A stretch of DNA of 5,017 nt, from NCBI RefSeq assembly GCF_006345805.1, contig NW_021830308.1, positions 1 to 5,017 on the forward strand, in the 5' to 3' direction. Shown here piece after piece: positions 1 to 5,017 of the stretch (the first letter of the stretch is position 1; each line of letters begins with the position of its first letter). The position numbers and the translations under genes are program-made. Origin of the DNA: Octopus sinensis (lineage: Eukaryota). The notes below the pieces were generated by a model. It had not been told where the DNA came from, made no database searches, and worked only from the letters and a program-made list of their open reading frames with translations.

Positions 1-156
1 ACGCACACACACACACACACACACCACACATATATATATTTACCAATACACATACATACATGCATACACGCATATATATATATATATATGCGCACACACA
101 CACACACACACACACACACTATATATATATATATATATAAACATATACATACACAT
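1..156. repeat. Compound (CA)n/(TA)n microsatellite
   Basis: Alternating CA and TA dinucleotide tracts with TACA interruptions, read directly; runs off the left edge of the window. Confidence 0.95.
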
Positions 157-910
157 GCGTATCCAGTCATTGAACCACGTATACAGCCAAATTATTTTGA
201 TAGAGCCGTTCGCAGCTCATCATCTTCACATTTGTTGATTTTGGCAACATCTTTCGAATCCAATAATGCTACATATCTATATCGATATATCTTTCATACC
301 AGTTTGATCTAGGCTCGCATAGCTTAAAGTTTCGTGGGTAACTAGGTCACATCCATCTCATCAGATGCCTCCTAAACTCTGTGTCATGTGAAGCTGAAAC
401 AAACAAATAAAAGTACATGTATTGTATCATATCGTATTGTTTGCTTTATCTCGCACCCGAGATTTTTATTTCCTGTATTCTAATCGCTTCCTTTATGGTG
501 ATGGTGTTGATGACTATGCCGACCAGTTGTTGCACGGAAGAAACCATGGCATTTACTGCTTGGGGGAATGAGGTTTGATTTTATCGAGCCTTGTTTGATT
601 TCCCCTTTTTCTCTTCTCTGGTAGCTTCGAAGATTTTAGCTCTGATGGTGATGAACATAGCCCGTGGACCCGGTCTTGGGTTTGTGTTTCAAGCGATTAA
701 GGCTCAAGTCTACTCTGCTCTTTACTCTTTTACTTGTTTCAGTCATGCAACTGTGGCCATGCTGGAGCACCGCCTTTAGTCGAGCAAATCGACCCCAGGA
801 CTTATTCTTTGTAAGCCTAGTACTTATTCGATCGGTCTATTTTGCCGAACCGCTAAGTTATGGGGACATAAACACACCAGCATCGGTTGTCAGGCGATGT
901 TGAGGGACAA

Positions 911-1025
911 ACACAGACACACATACAAACACAGACATACAGATACACACACGCACACATACACACACACATACACACACACACATACACACACACATGT
1001 ATATATATATATATATATATATATA
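911..1025. repeat. Internal (CA/TACA)n + (TA)n microsatellite inside SINE copy A
   Basis: Read directly; lies between the SINE body (1026-1186) and its 3' module (718-910). Confidence 0.95.
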
Positions 1026-1121
1026 CGAACTTCTTTCAGTTTCTGTCTACCAAATGTACTCACAAGGCTTTGGTCGGCCCGAGACTATTGTAGAAGACAC
1101 GTGCCCAGGGTGCTACATAGC

Positions 1122-1176
1122 GGGACTGAACCCAGAAACCATGTGGTTGGTAAGCAAGCTACTTACCACACAGCTA
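1122..1176 (-). promoter_or_regulatory. Internal RNA Pol III type-2 promoter (A box and B box) of SINE copy A
   Basis: A-box-like TAGCTGTGTGG at 1176-1166 and B-box-like GGTTCAGTCCC at 1132-1122, 33 nt apart, which is tRNA-like spacing. Activity cannot be judged from sequence. Confidence 0.7.
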
Positions 1177-1568
1177 CTTCTGCGCCTGTTTGTTGAAGTC
1201 CTTCAAAGATGTACGTCGGTCCATTAACCCAATGGTAGCATAGATCAACAGTATATAAAGGTATAATGAGCTAGGTTAGTAATATCGTGGTTGGCCTAAT
1301 TAGCTTAGTTGTGTTATTTACGGTTAGTCCTTAATTAGACAATATTGATTAATGGTAAACTATCAAAAAACAAAAAGAATAGATGTGCAAATCAGACTAT
1401 CTACTACAGTACATTTGATTATTCAAGAAAGTCGAATTCAGTTTCTCTGATGGTTGGTAAAACACACATAAAAGTGTCCTCCAGGAAATACTATTTTACC
1501 CGCGATGATAAACTATTTATATTGCTATTTAACCAAAAGTGAAAATTTATAATGCATGCATACTTTCA

Positions 1569-1658
1569 TACACACATGCGAACGCACGTAGATACATACA
1601 TACATACATACATACAGATAGATAGATAAATACAATAAATATATATGCATATATATAT
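1569..1658. repeat. Compound microsatellite including (ATAC)6, (AGAT)3 and TA-rich sequence
   Basis: (ATAC)6 at 1592-1615 and (AGAT)3 at 1616-1627, followed by TA-rich sequence abutting the next SINE. Confidence 0.9.
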
Positions 1659-1667
1659 TATTTTATT

Positions 1668-1973
1668 CTCAGTGGCTAGAGCGTCGTGCTTACGATCGTG
1701 AGGTTGTGAGTCCAATTCCCAGGCCAGGCTGTGTGTTGTGTTCTTGAGCAAGACACTTTCACGTTGCTCAAGTTCACTCAGCTGTAGAAATGAGTTGAGA
1801 CGTCACTGGTGCCAAGCTGTATCGGCCTTTGCCTTTCTCTTGGATAACATCAGTGATGTGGAGAGGGTAGGCCGACATGCATGGGCGACTGCTGGCCTTC
1901 CAAAAACAACCTTGCCCGGACTTGTGCCTCGGACTTCCTAGGTGCAATCTCATTCATGACCGAAGGGGGTCTC
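1668..1973 (+). mobile_element. tRNA-derived CORE-type SINE, 5' end clipped by about 10 nt
   Basis: Head CTCAGTGGCTAGAGCG...GTGAGTCCAATTCCC gives a partial A box and a degenerate B box (AGTCCAATTCC, 1709-1719). 1731-1794 (GTGTTCTTGAGCAAGACACTT...GCTCAAGTTCACTCAGCTGTAGAAATGAG) aligns by eye to the MIR/CORE domain (GTGACCTTGGGCAAGTCACTT...CCTCAGTTTCCTCATCTGTAAAATGGG, quoted from memory). The 3' boundary is approximate. Confidence 0.8.
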
Positions 1974-2139
1974 CTTATTCTTTTACTTGTTTCAGTGTCT
2001 GCGGCCATGCTGGAGTACTACCTTAGATGGTTTTAGTCGAAGAAATCGACCCCCGGGTTTATGTTTGTAAGCCTAGCGCTTATTTTAATGTTTTCCTTTG
2101 CAGAACCGCTAAGTTACAGGGACGTAAGGATATCAGCAT
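1974..2139 (-). mobile_element. Headless 3' module of the copy-A SINE family (copy B), variant with ~9 extra nt
   Basis: TTTTACTTGTTTCAGT...GGCCATGCTGGAG...TTAGTCGA...GTAAGCCTAG...GAACCGCTAAGTTA matches 727-883 in the same orientation. It has TTAGATGGTTTT where copy A has TTT. Confidence 0.88.
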
Positions 2140-2283
<144 letters not shown>

Positions 2284-2478
2284 TGTGTGTCTGTGTTTGT
2301 TCCCCCAAATATCGCTTGACAACCGATGCTGGTGTGTAACTTAGCTGTTCGGCAAAAGAGACCGATAGAATAAGTACTAGGCTTACAAAAATAAGTCCTG
2401 GAGCCGATTTGTTCGACTAAAAGGTGGTGCTCCAGCATGGTCGCAGTCAAATAACTCAAACAAATAAAACAGTAAAAG

Positions 2479-2479
<1 letters not shown>
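2284..2479 (+). mobile_element. Headless 3' module of the copy-A SINE family (copy C), opposite orientation, with a 12-nt internal deletion
   Basis: Matches the reverse complement of 718-920; by hand count, about 18 differences in the last ~135 nt (about 87% identity), with a 22-nt exact block GAATAAGTACTAGGCTTACAAA. It lacks the 12 nt TTTATGTCCCCA at about 2336. Confidence 0.9.
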
Positions 2480-2517
<38 letters not shown>

Positions 2518-2542
2518 TATGTATGTATATATATATATATAT
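2479..2542. repeat. (TA)n microsatellite with a few G interruptions
   Basis: Read directly. Confidence 0.95.
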
Positions 2543-2548
2543 CTATCC

Positions 2549-2764
2549 ATAATAATAATATGACAACAAAAGAACGAAAGAGACCTCGATATTATGTAAA
2601 TAGAGGAATTTATCTATAAATATAATATGTGACAATTAGTTGGTTGTCATAATAAATCTCTAAGTTTCGGATGCCGGTGCCGAAGACTGCTCTGACATCT
2701 CATCAGGAATAACTGATGAGATGCCGGAGCAGAGTTTTATTATGACAGCCAACTGAGTGTCACA
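2549..2764. mobile_element. Inverted-repeat element with a hammerhead-like motif; probable Penelope-like-element terminal (pLTR) remnant
   Basis: Arms 2628-2661 and 2731-2764 match at 30/34; arms 2687-2706 and 2713-2732 match at 18/20 around a 6-nt spacer. The minus strand reads CTGATGA-stem-CGAAAC. Assignment to Penelope-like elements is inferred from their known hammerhead-bearing, often inverted terminal repeats; no Penelope ORF is present. The left boundary is approximate. Confidence 0.5.
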
Positions 2765-2780
2765 CACACACACACGCACG

Positions 2781-2820
<40 letters not shown>

Positions 2821-2881
2821 ACACACACACACACACACCACACACACACAATATATATATATATCTAACACTCACTGGCTC

Positions 2882-2919
<38 letters not shown>

Positions 2920-2983
2920 ACATATACATATATATACATATATACATACATATATATATATACATATATACATATATATGCAT
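2761..2983. repeat. Compound (CA)n/(CACG)n/(TA)n/(TACA)n microsatellite
   Basis: Read directly; interrupted by a short non-repeat spacer at about 2865-2881. Confidence 0.95.
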
Positions 2984-3010
2984 ATACTTTGATACTTTGA
3001 TACTTTGATA
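2984..3010 (-). repeat. 8-bp tandem 3' tail of the LINE: TAT(CAAAGTAT)3
   Basis: Plus strand (TACTTTGA)3 at 2985-3008. Short tandem-repeat tails rather than poly(A) are an established feature of CR1/L2-clade elements. Confidence 0.9.
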
Positions 3011-3074
3011 GGTTCGGCCATTATTGGCCAGGCCATGTCTAACTTAATAGCACCACCTGGTGAAGTCTTTCAAG

Positions 3075-5017
3075 TCAGAATTTGGGCACTATGGCCCACT
3101 CAAGTAGAGAGTTATTGTTTACAGAGACATATCCGGGTGTAGGGGTTTATCCGGGATTTCTTGAAGGAATCTGTCCAAAGACTTCTTGAACCCTATAGGG
3201 TCAGTTTCTGTTTTAATGTTTTTGGTGTATGTTAAAGAGAGCGGGGCCAATTGAGGTGAAATAATTGTGCCGTATTGTTGTTATGAGATGAGAGTGCGAT
3301 TTTTGTTTTGGGCGGATGGCACGGGCCCAAGCCTTGGATGTACCTTAAGGTGATGCCAACATCATTTGGGCAATGCTGATGGAATATTTTCCACATCATG
3401 CAGATGATGTAGCGCTCACGACGACGTTGGAGGGAATAGAGTTTTAGCTTTTCTAGTCGACCCCAATAGTCGAGGCCTGTCATGCCATCTATCTTTTTTG
3501 TGATTGCCCTTTGAGGTGCTTCAACTTTTATGATACCTTGTATTGTGTGGGGAGACCACAGTGGACAACAGTATTCAAGGTGGGGTCGGGCAAAAGTGGA
3601 GAAGAGAAGGATAATGGTGTGGATATCTCTCGACCTGGAAAGTTCTGAAATCCAGGAACACATTCTGCGGGCCATGTCAACTTTGGTGTTTATATGAGTG
3701 GCCCAGCTTACGTTGTTGTCCACAATTACTCCCAAGTCTCTGATGTTGTTGGACGCCGCGAGAGTTTCACCTGAAGGAAGGGAGTATGGGAGTTTCAGGG
3801 CATCCTCTTTTCCAAGTGGATTAGCTCAAATTTATCCTCGTTCAGCAGCATATTGTTTTTTTCTGCCCATTGGATAACAGCCAGTAGATCTGACTGAAGG
3901 CATGTCCCGTCACTCGCCTCATTTATGACCTTCTGTAGCTTGGAGTCATCTGCAAAGATTTTATGTTGCTGTGCTTGATGATGTCATTATGTCATTAATG
4001 TAAATGATGAAAAGAAGTGGGCCCAGCACAGTGCCTTGCGGAACGCCACTACTGACTTTGGCTGGGCTTGATTTTACCCCTTCAACTACAACATGTTGAG
4101 ATCTGTCTGTCAGGAAACACTTAATCCATTTCAGTAACTTTCCAGAGACACCAATGTTGGATAGTTTTTTCAATAGGATCTTGTGATCGACCCTGTTGAA
4201 GGCCCTACTGAAATCAAGGTAGATGACATCGGTGTTGGAGCCCTCTCCCAAAGCTCTCAAATGTCCTCAAAGTGATGCAGGAGCTGCGTTAGGCAGTCCC
4301 TTCCATTACGGAACCCATGTTGGTTGGAGATCAGCCGTGTCTGTCTGCTTCCAGAAATGGGTTATTCGAGATCTCACCACCCTCTCAAATACCTTGATGA
4401 TATGAGAGGTGAGTGAGATCGGACGGTAATTCACTGCAAGGGACTTGTTTCCCTTTTTGAAAACTGGGACAACAGACTGGGACAGAAGGTTTTTTGGAAT
4501 ATAGCCAGCATCCAGTGAGTTTCTCCACAGATTAGCAAGGGGAGATGCAAGTTGGTGTCGACACACCTTCAGGACACAAGCAGGGAACCTATCGGGGCCT
4601 ACTGCTGATTGTGTTTTATTTCGTTTATCGCCGCTAAGACATCAGGGGCACTAAACGTTATGTCCGATATGTGTGTTGGGGGTTGACATCACTGATACAG
4701 CCCAGATCGGCCATATCAGGATTGCTGAAAATAGAGCAGTATTGTTTCTGCAGTATCTCGGCCATGGATTTGGCATTATCTTGGAGAGTGCCAGTTTCGT
4801 CAATTAGAGGGCCTACAGTGGAGACAGTGACCCTGCGTTTCTCGCAAATGAAAAGAACACTTTGGGGTTGAGTTTGATTTTTTCAATGGCCCACTTCTCC
4901 TCAGCTGATCTTTGTTATTGATGAGGGTCTTCATACATTGTTGGAGGTTATATTTTTTGGATTCAAGCAGTGCGATAGCCGTCGAATGTATGTGTTGCTG
5001 TTGGCAGTACTTTAGTT
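3075..5017 (-). pseudogene. LINE ORF2 (linker, reverse transcriptase and C-terminal domain), frameshifted as given; the endonuclease domain would lie outside the window
   Basis: Translation across frames gives EEKWAIEKIKLNPKVFFSFA; VGPLID..AEILQKQYCSIFS; SAVGPDRFP; VVPVFKKGNK..NYRPISLTSHIIKVFER; NQHGFRNGRDCLTQLL; [16 protein letters not shown]; [20 protein letters not shown]; FADDSKL; RDLGVIVD; RPHLEYCCPLWSP; LYSLQRRRER; FTSIGPALFN; FKKSLDRFLQEIPDKP.TPGY..NNSLLEW. About 16 indels must be repaired to join these. Confidence 0.9.

Larger units (their letters stand above)
718..1186 (-). mobile_element. tRNA-derived SINE, near full length (copy A): tRNA-like head, body, internal microsatellite, 3' module and AAAAGAGT-type tail
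   Basis: Minus strand begins GGCGCAGAAGTAGCTGTGTGGTAAGTAGCTTGCTTACCAACCACATGGTTTCTGGGTTCAGTCCC, with Pol III A-box-like and B-box-like motifs. It continues CCCTGGGCACGTGTCTT (resembles the start of the CORE domain), then (TA)n(TG)n, then a ~190-bp module that recurs at 1974-2139 and 2284-2479, ending GACTGAAACAAGTAAAAGAGTAAAGAG. No target-site duplication found. Confidence 0.85.
2984..5017 (-). mobile_element. Non-LTR retrotransposon (LINE) of the CR1 group, 3' ~2 kb; continues beyond the right edge
   Basis: Minus-strand RT and C-terminal motifs typical of CR1/L2-group ORF2, a stop codon at 3077-3075, a ~65-nt 3' UTR with a stem-loop, and an 8-bp tandem tail. The exact clade needs an RT phylogeny. 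Confidence 0.92.

Noticed and set aside
88-312. 74-aa ORF (MRTHTHTH...)
   Set aside because: It starts inside the CA/TA microsatellite; TH and YI runs are translation of simple repeats, and the rest shows no recognisable motif.
481-710. Protein-like fragments: plus-strand GIYCL, minus-strand TIKEAIRIQ (reminiscent of GIY-YIG endonuclease motifs), and a plus-strand acceptor at 601-624 followed by FEDFSSDGDEH
   Set aside because: The two motifs are on opposite strands, there is no YIG partner, nearby stops close the frames, and no good donor follows the acceptor. Compatible with chance; a tblastx search would settle it.
1120-1186. tRNA-like sequence, also at 1668-1722
   Set aside because: No complete cloverleaf or acceptor stem, and each is followed by a SINE body; these are SINE heads, not tRNA genes.
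591-1227. Five plus-strand ORFs of 62-99 aa
   Set aside because: They lie mostly antisense to SINE copy A or cross its microsatellite, with no protein-like features.
1250-1270. TATA-like TATATAAAG
   Set aside because: Expected by chance in AT-rich DNA; no other promoter evidence.
1345-1542. 65-aa ORF starting at a non-ATG codon
   Set aside because: Short, in AT-rich sequence, with no recognisable motif or splice context.
2660-3008. ORFs with CV, TH and YI runs
   Set aside because: Microsatellite translation.
3191-3200. Short palindromes such as CCCTATAGGG here, TTGAAG-TC-CTTCAA at 1194-1207 and TATATCGATATA near 278-289
   Set aside because: Too short to exceed chance in a 5-kb AT-rich window, and no associated structure.
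4223-4871. Plus-strand ORFs of 60 and 66 aa
   Set aside because: Antisense shadows of the LINE ORF2.

Overview
A eukaryotic, AT-rich, repeat-dominated window with no recognisable host protein-coding gene. The repeat families resemble those I recall from octopus (coleoid cephalopod) genomes; this is recollection, not a database result. From left to right it holds: a compound microsatellite; about 560 bp of unassigned sequence; a near full-length tRNA-derived SINE on the minus strand with an internal microsatellite (718-1186); a 5'-clipped CORE-type SINE on the plus strand (1668-1973); two headless 3' modules of the first SINE family placed back-to-back around (CA)n/(CTAT)25 (1974-2479); a ~137-bp inverted repeat containing a hammerhead-like CTGATGA/stem/GAAAC core, possibly a Penelope-type terminus (2628-2764); and the 3' ~2 kb of a CR1-group LINE on the minus strand (2984-5017), with RT domain, C-terminal region, 3' stem-loop and 8-bp tandem tail. 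Three observations stand out. (1) The LINE and both SINE families appear to share a 3'-terminal architecture of GGTGC, a short stem with a 4-nt loop and RAA, with different but pairing stem sequences. (2) The hammerhead-like motif. (3) The LINE ORF2 has about 16 small indels, about 13 of them 1-nt losses in homopolymers, yet no nonsense substitution, which suggests assembly error over a young element. Most ORFs in the supplied track are microsatellite or antisense artefacts.
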